Source: Chrysomallon squamiferum (taxonomy: Eukaryota; Animalia; Mollusca). Taken from it: a DNA stretch of 64,000 nucleotides. The position numbers were made by a program, and so were the translations under genes. Under the pieces are notes generated by a model, which ran no database searches, was not told the DNA's origin, and saw only the letters and a program-made list of their open reading frames with translations. Shown piece after piece: positions 27,922 to 41,800 of this stretch. Numbering within the stretch: the stretch's first letter is position 1; every line of letters begins with the position of its first letter. Location of the stretch: NCBI GenBank assembly GCA_012295275.1, contig CM022667.1, forward strand, positions 20,584,001-20,648,000, written 5' to 3'.

Positions 27922-28455
27922 GATCGCACCGCATGTTTGTTGCTAGGGCAACCGCAAGCGTGGCATTTAGTTGTTAATGTAGCCAGCGCATTACAGATAC
28001 TGCTTAATTTTAATTGTAAGTTTAGCCGAGCATCATTACGATTATCATTACACCCAGCCAGCCAGCCATTAGTTGTTAGTTGTTAGACGAACCATACACC
28101 TTGTACGTTTCTTTTACTAAACTTTTCCTCTTTCTTTTCTTTTTCAGGTGGGCTGGCTCAAAGCAGGGTTCTCGTCCCCCAACCTGGGCTGAAATGTTCG
28201 TGGTAACAATCACTAATGTACATTTCAGGCGAATGCTTTGAAATTATATTATGTTGCAGTTGTTTTAGGCTCCACGTTTGTATCGATACAAACGGTGGCC
28301 ATACGGCCAAAGTATTAACTTTGTGAACTGGTTTTTGATTCCCCATGTCTTGCATCACCAGTACCAATGAAATGACGGATGACATTTAAAATAAATTGAA
28401 AATTTTGAGAATATCCTAATAAGCAATGCTCTCTGATTGTTTTGTCCTTTTGTGC

Positions 28456-28528
28456 CAGGGGTCGGTAACCTTTAGGAGAGAGGGGGGCCAGACAGCTATG
28501 CAGTGTTTTGGAGGAGGGCCAAGATATC
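28456..28528 (+). mobile_element. Truncated 5' end of a hAT-type MITE (related to 29976-30227)
   Basis: caggggtcggtaaccttt...ggggccagacag..atgc.gtgttttggaggagggccaagatatca closely matches 29976-30047. Confidence 0.65.
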
Positions 28529-28827
28529 AAATTTTTATATATATATATATATATTACATTTTGATCAACATGATAAACATACAGTTACTTTTTACCGCTA
28601 CTTAACCAGCAAGGATACAAAAATGTCTTCAGTATTGGTGTAGTAGTAGTAGTAGTAGTAGTAATAGTTGTAATATCATCATCTCCTAATGACTTGTTCG
28701 CAGTAAATAGGGAATTTTGGCCCCATTATTTTCCCGGTACATTTTAGGAACCTGCAAATGTGTAACAAACAGTATTGAAAATGGAAATAATAACATGGGA
28801 GACAGTTAAATGGGTCTGAGTGCGTGC

Positions 28828-28866
<39 letters not shown>

Positions 28867-29975
28867 TATGTATAAATAAATATACAGAGAGGGTGTCTTT
28901 GGATAGTGTTATAAATTACATATCTAAAAATGTCAGTTTTATTTTTAAAACATCCTTGTTGTTACTTTAAATTTGTTACAGCTAATAATTATGGCTTTCG
29001 CTTCCATTACATCACTTGAAGTATATCGTGTGAAAATGTAACCGGCCCTAAAATCGTTGTCCAGGCAGAAAAAGTGAAGCTAGGATTTATTTAATACTTC
29101 TTATTCTACATATATGATGAGACGAAACCGGTATATATTTCTCTTTTAATTAGTTGTTAATACTATTTTATATACAACATCATGCAGAAAGTATAATACA
29201 TACATTGGCCCACTGTTTCAGAAATACCACTACATGTTAAATTCATGTTAAATCGCCTTCGTATCTGTGAACTTGGGTACCATATTTGCCGAGGAGCATA
29301 TCAGTGTGAAAGAATATTTCTGTCTCCGAATATTGTTCCTTCAGGGAAACGAATATTTGTTCCTAGCCACGAACATTTGTTTCCCCCGTGCATGGAGGAA
29401 ATATTATTTGCTGACATTAGTTCCCCATGCTTTATGTTGTAGAATTACGGTGAAATTTTCAGTCTGGACAAAATACTTTTTTTTTAAAATTATTTTCCTC
29501 AGTATTTTCACACCAGTGCACTAACTGTCGTCATTTTGATAACTGGAAATAAGAATTAGAAAACAAATAGAGTCAAAAGCTGCAGAAAGGGGCGAGGAAA
29601 TTATCCAGGCTTGAGTAACTTTCCTCCTTTAAACTACTGATTGTCCTAATGTTAAATGATAAATAAACGAGAATACATTATATATATATCACAATTAGGA
29701 AACAAACCTTTATTCAGTAATTACTGGTTGCACACAAATAACATAGATTGTCCTCTCTCTCTCACACAAATAACATAGATTGTCCTCTCTCTCTCATTCT
29801 GTGCTTATATAAAAAGATTCTCGAACACCGGCATATAAATGCCACTGCTTATAAATTCAAAAATCCTATTATTCTTCCTACAAGGAACTGAAAAAAATAA
29901 TACTACACGTGTAATGTAATGTTATGTGAGTTGGGCCTATTGCTCTTATCTTTAAAAGTTAGAATCACCCTAATG

Positions 29976-30227
29976 CAGTGATCGGCAACCTTTGGAGAGT
30001 GGGGGCCAGACAGTAATGCGGTGTTTTGGAGGAGGGCCAAGATATCAGATGTTTTTTTATATATAAATACATATACGCGCGCACACACACACACACACCG
30101 ATCTCTCGCACCAAAAAGGGATGTTTAAAGAAGAAAAAAACGAAGTTAATGTAATAATAATCTGTCCAAGTGTTCAGATGGCGGGCCGGACAAAAATCCC
30201 TCGCGGGCTAATCTTTGCCGACCCCTG
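29976..30227 (+). mobile_element. hAT/Charlie-type MITE
   Basis: Imperfect TIRs CAGTGATCGGCAA ... TTGCCGACCCCTG and subterminal GCGGGCC-type motifs typical of Charlie-like MITEs. No clean TSD. Confidence 0.7.
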
Positions 30228-30902
30228 AATTAATAAAACAGAGAAGACAAACTTTGGGGTGGGATCTTCTAACCTGCCGAGTTGAATCTGGAAAGGCATT
30301 AAAATATTTCAGTCACGGGAACATGGGGCAAAGGCTTAAGTACCTTAGCTGCGTAATCTCTTTAAATAACTCATATAACAACCAGTGCGAGGCTCAAACT
30401 ATTTTCCATGTGACTAGTCAGTACACATTTATCACTTAAACGCTTTGTTCCGAAAGTCCCTTGCAGTAGGAATACAAGTAAAATTGAAAACAAATCATTA
30501 AATGTTTTATTTCATACATTTAATATATTTTTTTAACAATAAAATTTGTATGGTGGTTTGATTCAGAGGTATATTATTCATAATATTCCAAACAAAGTCA
30601 TTTATATATAAATGAGCGGAATAGATAATATCCAATTTGCATGCAGTTCTGACGTAATCGTGTTTTGTATAAAAATACATATAAATCGGATTTATTTACA
30701 TTTATATCAAAAAATTTAATTTGTATGTATGTGTGCTAATAATAATCAGTCTGTTTTTAAATGATTTATATCATGTAAATGAACGGCTATTAGAAAGATA
30801 TCTATTTGTTTCATCTCTGTAATATTTCCATTCGACGACCACACGTTTTCTTAAATCTTCAGAATTAAAGCAAATACCATAAACAAATATTTCTTTGCTT
30901 AA

Positions 30903-30933
<31 letters not shown>

Positions 30934-31970
30934 ACGAACAAATATCGGTAGCACTAATATCAACTAATAATACATCTGAGAAAATAACTTTAATAGATAA
31001 AAAAAAAAACTTAAACGAATTATTTTGTTCGTCTGCGCCTCTGATTTTTATACCATTATTCATTGCTGTTGTAGTTCATTTTTTCTCCATCATCGATCAT
31101 GTATTACGGTTAGCTATCAGAAGTAGGCTATTTACAAAAACCGCCTTTTTATATCATTTTATTTATTAAATGTACAAGCCTGCTGCGCCTTCAGTCCACG
31201 TATCTAAGGATTTAGAAAGTAATAATTTGCTTCTATGTGCGCATCCATTTTTGTGGCGGTCACGTTCGTTTCCATGTCCCGGTAGCGGAATCGGTCTTCG
31301 TGGAGTGAAATCCTTGAACCCGTCAGTAATAACCTCTTTATCAAACGTTACCTGACAGGTGATGCTATTGGGTGTTCCTTACAGAACACATATCGGAAAA
31401 TTTCAAATAGAAGATAAAAAAAACCTATATATATTTTTTTTTGCAAATATGGAAATAGCCACCCTATCCGCTGACTATGAACAATCAAATTCATGAGTTA
31501 TTCTAGTTTGATCAGACATGTCGCACGAATGATATTAATATTGTTTCAAGCCATAATGACCATAAATTATTGTTTAACAGTTATCAAACCGGCCTTATAA
31601 CCTTCTTAAAAGTATGCCCAAACTGAATCAGAAACTAAACCTAGGAAATCAACTTTTTTCTTTTGAAAGTGAGTTCACGAACTAATTATTAAAAAAAAGT
31701 TCGCTCTGTCTTCTTTTCCTCGCTCACTAAGTCATTTGTTGTTGACTTTTTCTTTCTTTCTTTTTTATTTTTTATTACAAGATAATATTGCAGTTTAGAT
31801 AGAGAGATTGATGCAGGTACATAGATTTTGTCTTTCACTTTAACGTGAACTCATCGGTGGAGGGAGGAAACATACCAAACGGAAGAACAGGAAACGAAGC
31901 TACTGAGAGGCTCTGGTTGTAATCACGTTCTTTCTTCGATCCATTTCTTTTTATTTCGAATCCATACAAA

Positions 31971-34728
31971 ATGATATCTGGACTGCCTAAAAGCCAGGTT
32001 TTGACAGCGATTTCCTATATTGTACCGAATTCGCTGAAGGCATCTGTACAGGGAGTTATTCTGCAATCAGATTTACTGACGGCCAAGCCAAAAGATGTCA
32101 TTACAAGTTTCTCAATGTCAAAACGGTCGCCGTCGTTTGCTGTTCGTGTAACTTCTGGATTGGCTTGTATGTGCAAATTAATAATTTAATTTGATCGTCT
32201 TATATATGTACAGCATGATGTATAAATTGTCATTTTACTTGCAACTTTTAAATATTCAAATTTTGAATTTTGCTCTTACGATGTATATTCGTATAAACCT
32301 TATTATCGTTTATCACACAACAATTAACTAAAAGTTTTAAACAAATTTCTGTTCATTAGAGATCTATTTTTATAACCGAAGTTATATAATATGTTGGCTA
32401 GTACCATTTTTATATGTCGTTGAAGAAACAACACGAATGCAGTAATTATAATAATAAATGTCAACAGCTTTTCTTTTTAACGTTTATAGGCCTATATCTG
32501 TGTATGTATATACATATATACTTGTCACCGTGTGCGTGCGTACATATCTTATGTTTGACAAATATATTATTAAACCTAGTTAAAATGTTCTGAATTACGT
32601 AGATGGTGACAGATTAGAATGTAAACATGTATTTTTCATTTCAGCAAAGTCACAGGTTCGTTTTGCACATACAGACATCCAAGTACCAGACTTCGATTTC
32701 TACAGGAGAGATGCTGTAAAAGACAGAAACAAATCATCTCAAGATTCTGCATCTGCCAGAAAGGCATTCACTTACTTGATGGTGGCAGGTAATTAATTAA
32801 ATTAATTATGTAGTGGACCTTGAAAATGTTAATGGTTTTGATATTTGTAAATCTTAAATAAAAATTAAAAATTTGACTTGCCTGAACATGGTTGCCCAAA
32901 TGAAAACCAGTTCTTTAATGATTGCCTGATTTCCATGCTGAATTGTAGGCATAGTCAGTCCTTTTGTGCATTTAGCTAAGTGAGCATTATCAGATTCTGT
33001 ATTCTATCTGTTAATGTTTTTTATTTTATTTATAAAAATATTTTTTGTTTGTTTTTAAAATGCCTGGTCATAATGGTACTGGTATTGAAAAGCATAACAG
33101 GATTTTTATGCAGATGACTATGATAGAACTGAACAAGGAACCTAAACTAAATGGGAAACTGGTGGACAATTATCAGATTTGGCTGTTCAGTAATGATACA
33201 ACCTAGTGCACCATATTGAGCATACTGAAGAACACATAAGCCTAATATTAAAGTGCCTGGTGTAACAGTAGAGGAAGTTAATGAGCCTGGAAGAAAATAT
33301 TGAAGATTTTGGGGAGCTAGTGAAAAAAACAATATTAAGCGGTCACTCAGGAGCTAAAGGATCTTCATAAGGAGCATCAGCAAGAAATTATTAAGAAATG
33401 TTTCCAGAGAAAGAAAGAAAAATAAGAACAGCATCACCACTTTGGAGATTGAAGTACTGGACTAAAACATGGAATCTTTTAGAGACATGGCACCCCATTA
33501 TCACAGTTGTGACTACAAGGATGAACCTGTTTGATGATTTTATAATGCAATATTTTAGAAAAATTACCACCAACCCCCAAAAAACGGGCTCAAGTAAATG
33601 ACTGATATATATATATATATATATATATATTTTGTAAAAACAACAAAATCCTTTTAAATTGATTGTTTTACATTTTGTAACAGGTGGAAGCATTGCAGGG
33701 ACATATGCTGCCAAAGAGGTAGTTCAGGAGTTTGTTATGAGTATGGCAGCGTCAGCAGATGTCCTTGCTTTGGCTAAGATTGAAGTCAAGCTGTCTGATA
33801 TTCCAGTTGGAAAGAACGTGACATTAAAATGGAGAGGCAAGCCACTGTTTGTACGTCATCGTACTCAAGAAGAGATTGATCTTGAAAAAGATGTCAATCT
33901 TAGTGAACTTCGGCATGCAGAACTGGACAGTGACAGAACGCAGAAACCCGAATGGCTTATTCTCATTGGAGTTTGTACACACTTGGGTGAGAAACTGTTA
34001 ATTAATTTGGCAAGTCTTAAAGTGGTACAGAAATTACTTACAGAAAACTAAATTGTTATAAGGATCTAAATAACCAATTAATGTTACAAAATTTTTCATA
34101 AATATATCCATTAATAGTCTGTAATAGTGTGACATATAATTTGGTTCTTCGTAAATTTAGATCTAAAACAATTCTTAATTATGCCACCTTTTAAAATTAT
34201 TATTGCTGTAATTAATTTTCTTAATTACAAGAGCATACAATAGTTTCCATGTCATTGTATTTCATATTTTCTGCAAAATGCCAGGGTAAAGTACTTATAA
34301 AGTGGTTTATCATGTAATAATAATGGGGTTATTTCATTACGTATCTATAGATTTAAATGTGCTTAGCAGTATCAAGATTTCCAAATAATTTTTTTTTTTT
34401 TTTTTAAACAATTCTACCCATTTCCTTGATATTAATTTATTTAATATTGGGACATATATTTTTCAAACTATTCCCATCAAACACAAACTTCATACTTCAA
34501 ATTACAGAAGAATTTTAAGTACTAGACACTAGGATAAACTGACCATTTCTGTAATCTCTTTTAGGCTGTGTTCCAATTGCCAATGCAGGCGAGTATGGTG
34601 GATACTATTGTCCATGTCATGGATCACATTATGATGGTTCTGGTCGCATCAGGAAAGGTCCAGCTCCACTCAATCTGGAGGTTCCCGAGTACAAGTTCAT
34701 AGACGAAAATTCTCTCTTAGTTGGCTGA
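31971..34728 (+). CDS. UQCRFS1: Cytochrome b-c1 complex Rieske iron-sulfur subunit, mitochondrial (4 exons, 268 aa)
   Basis: Exons 31971-32166, 32645-32788, 33684-33986 and 34565-34728 total 807 nt in one frame. Presequence followed by [42 protein letters not shown], Rieske boxes CTHLGC (split by intron 3) and CPCHGS, and [15 protein letters not shown]. Confidence 0.97.
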
Positions 34729-35740
34729 TGAACATGCATAAATTATTAAAGTGTTGTGTGCTGGACATTAATACACATTTTATTTGTTAACAACCAGTTT
34801 TGTAATTAATTAGGATAAAAGTGGTGAACATTTAAGAAAAAAGAAATAATGACATTTTTTGTTGAACCAAAATTTTTGTATCATGTCAAATGTGATTCTT
34901 GAAGACGTGGAAAATAAATATTACTGAGATAATCTGGTATCTTTTCTTATTTTAGTTAGGTTAATAAACTAATTTTGTTTAATTAACCACACTAAATTTA
35001 TAATTTGTACATGAATATCAAAATGGTAAAGTAAAGTGCAGTTTTGTTTTCTGAATCCATTTGGGAATCATCTTAGAAAAATGACAAATAAATTTTATAT
35101 AAGTGAAGGCGAGGAAAGACAAAACAGTTTTTCTTTCCTTCAGGATAATTGTAACTACCCATATGACAAGGGCTCTAATTCAGTAAAATCTCAAAACATA
35201 ATTTTCACAATAAATAAAAGATATGGACTAAAGTGATGATTAATCATTATTTATTCCATTTGATTTGTTCTCAAGAGATTTGCCAGTGTAAAACAACTTT
35301 TATAAAGTTATTTTGTTTTTGTCAAATTATTATTTTATACTAAGAAATTTTTCAGTTTTTATTTTAGTTGTTATTCTCTTTTTTAATGTTACAACTTTAT
35401 TTCAGTAAACAAAAATTGTTTAACTAGCAAGTTTATTAACAATCTTATCTTGGAATATTTGTTATTCTCCGACTGAAATTGTAACAAACAATTTATAATT
35501 CACATAATGTAACATTAAAACATATTTCAAAATAATAAAGACAAATAAAATAATGACAGAAAGCTTTTACTTTTATAAAATTTTATTTGATGTTTGTCTT
35601 TTTGTCTGTGTTAAAATGAAAATTTCATTCTTCTGGGTGTTGCCAACTAATTAATCTAATAATTCTCCTTACTCCTTCCAGAACATCACACCTGACAATA
35701 ACAAACATGAATATATTCTTGTATAACAAAACCTTCGGGA

Positions 35741-35871
35741 TCTTGCTTCTATTTCCAAAATTTATCAACAAGCTCATTATTCTGTTTTGTTCAGCCTCTC
35801 TTGATTCTTGCTTTTATTTCTAGAATTTATCAACAAGTTGAATTATTCTGTTCTGTTCAGCCTCTCTTGAT
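35741..35871 (-). repeat. About 65-bp tandem duplication of the CTNNBL1 C-terminal codons and stop into the 3' UTR
   Basis: tcttgctt(c/t)tatttc..aatttatcaacaag....ttattctgtt.tgttcagcctctcttgat at 35741 and 35806. Confidence 0.9.
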
Positions 35872-38800
35872 TCAGGGTCTTTTGCATCCCCAATGTTCCC
35901 AGCATATTCTGAAAATAAACGGGTAAATTACAATTTACTGACAATGATGTCCCTTTAAAGCACTGTAATCACACAGAAAACAAAATTTCTTTTTGGTTTA
36001 GTTTACAGCCATTAAAAGTTTTCAAACATTAACTTACCTCTCATGATATTTCTGATAGCTTTGATTGATCCTCCTCTCATGTTTAAAATCTGCATTACTC
36101 TATGACGAATCTGTGATGTAAAAAAAAAAGAAAAATTTATAAAAATATATTTTTAACATTTTATTTGTTCAAAGATCAGAAAGTAATAATAGCGTCTAAA
36201 ACATTATTATGAACATTCATCAGTTCAACATTATATCAAAAAGTAAGATATGAGACATGTTATTGCATTAAGCCATTAGAGTAACTTAGTTAAAAAAATA
36301 AAAAATCACATCAGAAACATCTTCAATAATGACACTGCAAACTGAGATGGTCTGAAATATGCTGCAGCTTTCTGAACATTATAGCTTCATTCACTCAATG
36401 AAAAATGATTACCTTTTTTAGTAGGCACACTAAACTGTACACTAATCAAAATATTCTATGACTCAATTTTGTTGGATAATCATCTGTTGATAAAGATACT
36501 TTTATTTTATGTATCCTGTTAATAAATGTTTTAACTCACTGACTGAGGACCAGAAGTGCAGATCTCCAGCATTATGTAATCTATGAGCTGAAGTGTAAAC
36601 AGACCTTGATCCAGACGTTTAAGATAAAACTCATCTTCTATTGCTTCATCAATACTTTTACCCGCTTGCTGTAATTTCTGCAAAAGATAAAAAGAGAATC
36701 AGTAAATCAAAAGTCAAAAACAGTTTCTTATCCAACTATACCAGTGAACATTAATTCAGAAAAATTGCCTAATTATATTGCCTAGTTATAAAGGTAATAA
36801 CAGAACTATGATTAAACTTACATTTTTATCTTTCTCAATCTGATCATCACACTGCCTAACTTTATCCAGATATTTGAAATGAAGCTCCAACAACCTCTCC
36901 ACCTGAAAAAATGAGGTTATTTTTTTTATTTATACATAATTTTAATAACAAACTTCAAATGGTTACCTTGAGTTTTATGTGTAATAAATATTATTTTCAT
37001 AAAATGATAATAAGGAGTCAATAGTTTTGAAAACAAGCTTTGTGGCATTTGATTACCTGTTATGGATAAATGTGTTGAATGAAATTTAATAATGTTTCAA
37101 TATCAACAACACAATTTATCCTAATAATAAAACATCAGCTATTTTTATTTTTTGTTTCTTTTTTCAAATGAATATTGTCATTAAGTATTAGCATGACAAT
37201 ATAAAGAATATAACACTTAAAAATTATTTTTTTAAGTTAAGGGGAATTAGCTGAAAATGATATAATTATTATAGCTTCAGTACTTGAAATGGATCAAAGA
37301 AAAGTTTTCTTTAAAAGTTTCACCTTTTCATGGTCATTCTCTGTAAATTTGTTGAGAAGTCTTGTTCTTTGCTGTCCCGTACAGTTCCTTAACATCGAAG
37401 CAACAACAGAACAAATGTGTTCTATAAATAAGAAATGTTATACACATTTTTTTATGGCACCTACTTTACAACATATTAAACTATGGTTACAAAAAAATTA
37501 ATGAAAAATACAAAATAAAAAATTTATATATATATATGCAGAAAGTATAATTAAGAAAGAACAAACACAATAATAAAATCAATTTAACTGACTTGATTCT
37601 GAAAATATTTGAGACAATGTTATTTTTTAAACATTATTAACTACATAAAATAATTTACTGTTTTATCGTGTCATGATTATTTGCAGTACAGAGTAATAGT
37701 GTTAAATCTAGACATAACAACATTTTATAAACCTTCAAGTTCATCAGGTGCTGGTCCTGCTTTGGCTAGTTTTGGTGTTTTCATGAAGAGAGGAAAGATT
37801 GTTCTCAAACCAAGAATGTCAATAAATTTCTGACAGTTATCTGTTCCTTCTGGGCCAAGCATTGCATGATTTAGAACTTTGATGGCACTATTTCTTGACA
37901 GCTTTTTCTCTCTACAATTGTATATATAAAACTTCTCTGAGATTAAGTCAAATGAAATTTTATAATTAATTAAATGTAGAATATAAAATAAAACAGAAAT
38001 AAAATAGTTTATACTGAAATATATCCTGTTGGTTATCTATGTGAAGACAAAACTCAGCTTTTATCAAACAAATTAAGAGAATATCACCAATTTAGTTTAT
38101 ATGATTCTAATAGTAGCATATGCTGATCTGTTGTTCACTTTACTGATAAAAACATATTTATTAAGTACAGTTCTGACTCTCTTTTTTGACATTATGGTTT
38201 TATGGTGACAACAAACAAAATGTATCAACACAGAACACAACAGTTATAAAGAAAACTTAAAATAAACATATACTGATAATACATAGAAAATAATTTAGTA
38301 CCAATATTTTATTAAAATACTGAAAAACTATGTTTGACAGAGTATGTCAAAGATTATTTTTTGCTGTTTACAAAAATGTCAGATCCACTAACTTCTCCTG
38401 TAATTATATTACTAAAAATGCCAAGTAACATGCCAACCTTAACATCAAATTCATGAGCTGCAGACCTTCACCCCTGAGAAATTTATTTCTGTTGCTATGA
38501 AACATAAGAGCTGAACAAAGTGCATTAAAAAGATTCTCCATGTATTCAACTTCATCTTTACCACTTGGATCATGGCGCTTGTAAGCCTGTAAAAAATAAA
38601 GTCAAATAAACAAATTTCCTGAGTATTTCATCTGGAACAATATTTTCAAAACTTTCAAGGGAAGTTATTTATTAAGAATACAGCTATAAATACTCACTGC
38701 CAGTTGTTGAAGTAATACATCTATTCCATCTAGTTCTCCTAAAAGTTGTCTGTTTTCTGCAATTAAAAAACCCACTTATGTAATATGTAATTAAACACAT

Positions 38801-41800
38801 GTTTTCGTTAAAGAAATGTAAGAGGAAATTATAAATATTATATAAATATAACTTACCATCAGAATTCTGTAACAAGATTCCCAAGATTTCACTACAATAT
38901 AATTTATTGGCATCAAATGGAATTTTTGCCTAAAAATAAGAACAAAAATTATATAAACTCTATTTATGTCATATTATGTCAAATATATCAGATAAAACAG
39001 GATTTCACATCAGATTTCCATGAAAGAACATTCCTGCCAAAGCTTTAGAAATCTGGAAGTTTCAGGATAGTTTAAAAATGCTCCAAACGTGACTGAGTGA
39101 GATCACATGGAATGAACAAAAAGAATTGCATTTTCACACACTAAATACTGCAGAGGAGTCTACAAATTAAGTAATCTTTTTCTAAGTAAAAGACATTAAA
39201 TAATTAAAATAATGGTAGGAAGATCTATATATGAACTAATTTAACAAAATAATGTTTACCTTAATCCTTTTGAGCAACCAAGATAAAAGATTCTGCTGTG
39301 CTATCTCAGCTGCAACTTCAGGTCGAAATTCTAAAATGTTTTCTATAATGGCTGCAACATAGGAATGAATATTAGTTTATTTTATAATTTACAAACTTAA
39401 TTATTTTGATAGCCAAAAAATATGCTTATATAATAAAAATGTATATGTTTTAAAAACCAAATAGAAAATCTTGAATAGTAAAAAGAAAAAAAAAAATATT
39501 ATGATTTTGTTTTTTAATTCCATTTTTGCACTTTATCTACAGAAGATACCTCTCTATGGAGCAACTGAAACAATTTATTAATATTTTTAACTACATTACT
39601 TTATGGCTAGTTTCTTAGTTTGGAGGAATTTACCAAGGCATAACAGTTATAAATACAACATAAAATCATCCAAAATGAAAGAGAAAACTTTTATTTTAAA
39701 TCAACAGCTGGAATATATCAGTAAACCAAAAAGATTAATATATCTCACATAGCAACATTTTTTAGAAATTTTCTTTTTGATTTTCTCTTTATTTTATTTA
39801 TATAAATGAAAAAAAAAGCACACAAAAAAAACATATATATATATATATATATATATTTATATGAAAAATAATTTTGCCAAAACTGACCCAAAGTATTGTG
39901 TACACCTTCTGATTCTTCTTTTATTGATTCATCAAGTCTATCTATATTTGACATGAGAATGGCAACAACTTGACCTTCGAGCTGCAATAAAACAGTGTAT
40001 TATCATTACACATCTCAGCAAGGAGATTTAAAGTTAAACAGAATGGGAGATTATTTATTCATTTGTTACAAATTTCAAAAATAAAAAATTTGAGAAGAAA
40101 ATTCTACCACCACATAATTACATTTACAAAAAACTCCATCTTTCTAAATCTGAAAGCAAACCATCTAAAATACATTTAAACTTCTCATGTTAAAATTCCT
40201 GTAATTTGCTAATTATACTGACCAGTCCATCTATCAGTGCAGTTGCTCCTTCTTCACTTTCATTCAGTGTGTCAACATCTGTGAGTTCTTGTATCAGATC
40301 AACCACAGCGATAGATATGTCTGTTAATATGCAAGTAATCGTCATTATTATTTTACAAAAACAAAAGGGAATGTGAAGTTTTATTTATTTTAAAATGTTT
40401 ATGTCAATGTTAAATGTATAACCGTTGATATACATGGTTCTGATACGAATGTGAAATATAAGAATCAAAGATTGTCGTATATAAATTATTCTCATTTACC
40501 CATGATTTTGCTGTTTCAAAACAAAACAATAACAAAAAATGATAAAGCATTAACAGATATTTATTTTTCATTTGTTTATGAACTTTTTAAATAATATATT
40601 TCTTTCCAGATCTATCAATATCTATCTAGAGCAGTGATTCTCAACCAGTGTGCCACAAGATCTTCCTAAGTGTGCCGCAAAATTTTGGACGGCAGACTAA
40701 GAAAATGCGAAAAACCATGTGATCCCAAAATAAAACAAACAGCAGTATGTAAGGTAAAAACGAAAATATTCTCACTTCAACAGACAAGCTAGTGGCTCTC
40801 AAAAAGAGAATTGTGATTTGGAAAAAAAAAAGCAATCACTGGCAATCTTGATATGTTCCCTTTATTGTGTTCTACCTGTGTTAGAGAAATGATACCTATT
40901 GTGTTTAATCATATGATAGCCCCGGACAAAACCATCAACAATTACTTTCTGTCATTAAAGACAGAAAAGAATGATTGGATTAGAGATCCTTTCATAAATC
41001 ATTCTTCCAACACTGAACGTGAGTTACAGGAAGAATAAGAATTGACCACCCTTTCTAATGACCAAGGGTTAAAATTAAAACATTTGAATCTGCCCATTGA
41101 TTCATTTTGGATTTCAATTCAAGAGGAGTATCCCATATTATATAAAAGAGCTTTATTACAATTTTCAACTTCTTACATATGTGAATTAGGCTTCTCAACA
41201 TTAAACAACATCAAAAACATGAAGCACTGGAGATTACGTACAATGGAAGAAGAAATGAGGGTGTGTCTGTCTCATATTTGACCAAACATTGATGAAATTA
41301 TGAATAAAAGTCAGGCACAAATTTGTCACTAAAGAAGCCAGCTATTTGACTCATGAAATTAGAACTACTGCAGTGAAGTGAGTTCATAGCTGTGTTTTTC
41401 TTTATTTAGTTTGAGTCATTCTATGTGTCTACGGTTGTATGCTATCTATGACTTGCCATGTTTTTATTTTGCAAAATTCAAATATTTTTCATATATATTT
41501 AGCCAGGTGTGCTGCTATTTTTTCCTGTGTTCCAAGGTGTTCCGTTGGCAAAAAAAGGTTGAGAATCACTGATCTAGAGAGACAACTACAGAAAAAGAGC
41601 ACTCATTTATTTGGCCCAGTTTTGCTGAAGATGCAGTTTGAAATGTGACTGGATGAAAAGTCATGTCAAACCATACTTTGTGCATCTGTATTATCTGGGA
41701 GCAGAATTATTGCATTCCATTGGAAACTTACAGTTCTGCAGTTATAAAGCAGGGAAATCAGTTTTGCATTTTGTGAATGATTTTTAGTTAATGAAATGAT

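Noticed and set aside
28120-28200. Strong acceptor-like polypyrimidine tract plus AG at about 28147
   Set aside because: No recognisable protein or partner exons could be linked to it.
33105-33120. FYADD resembling a reverse transcriptase active-site motif
   Set aside because: A stop follows within about 10 codons and no other RT motifs are recognisable.
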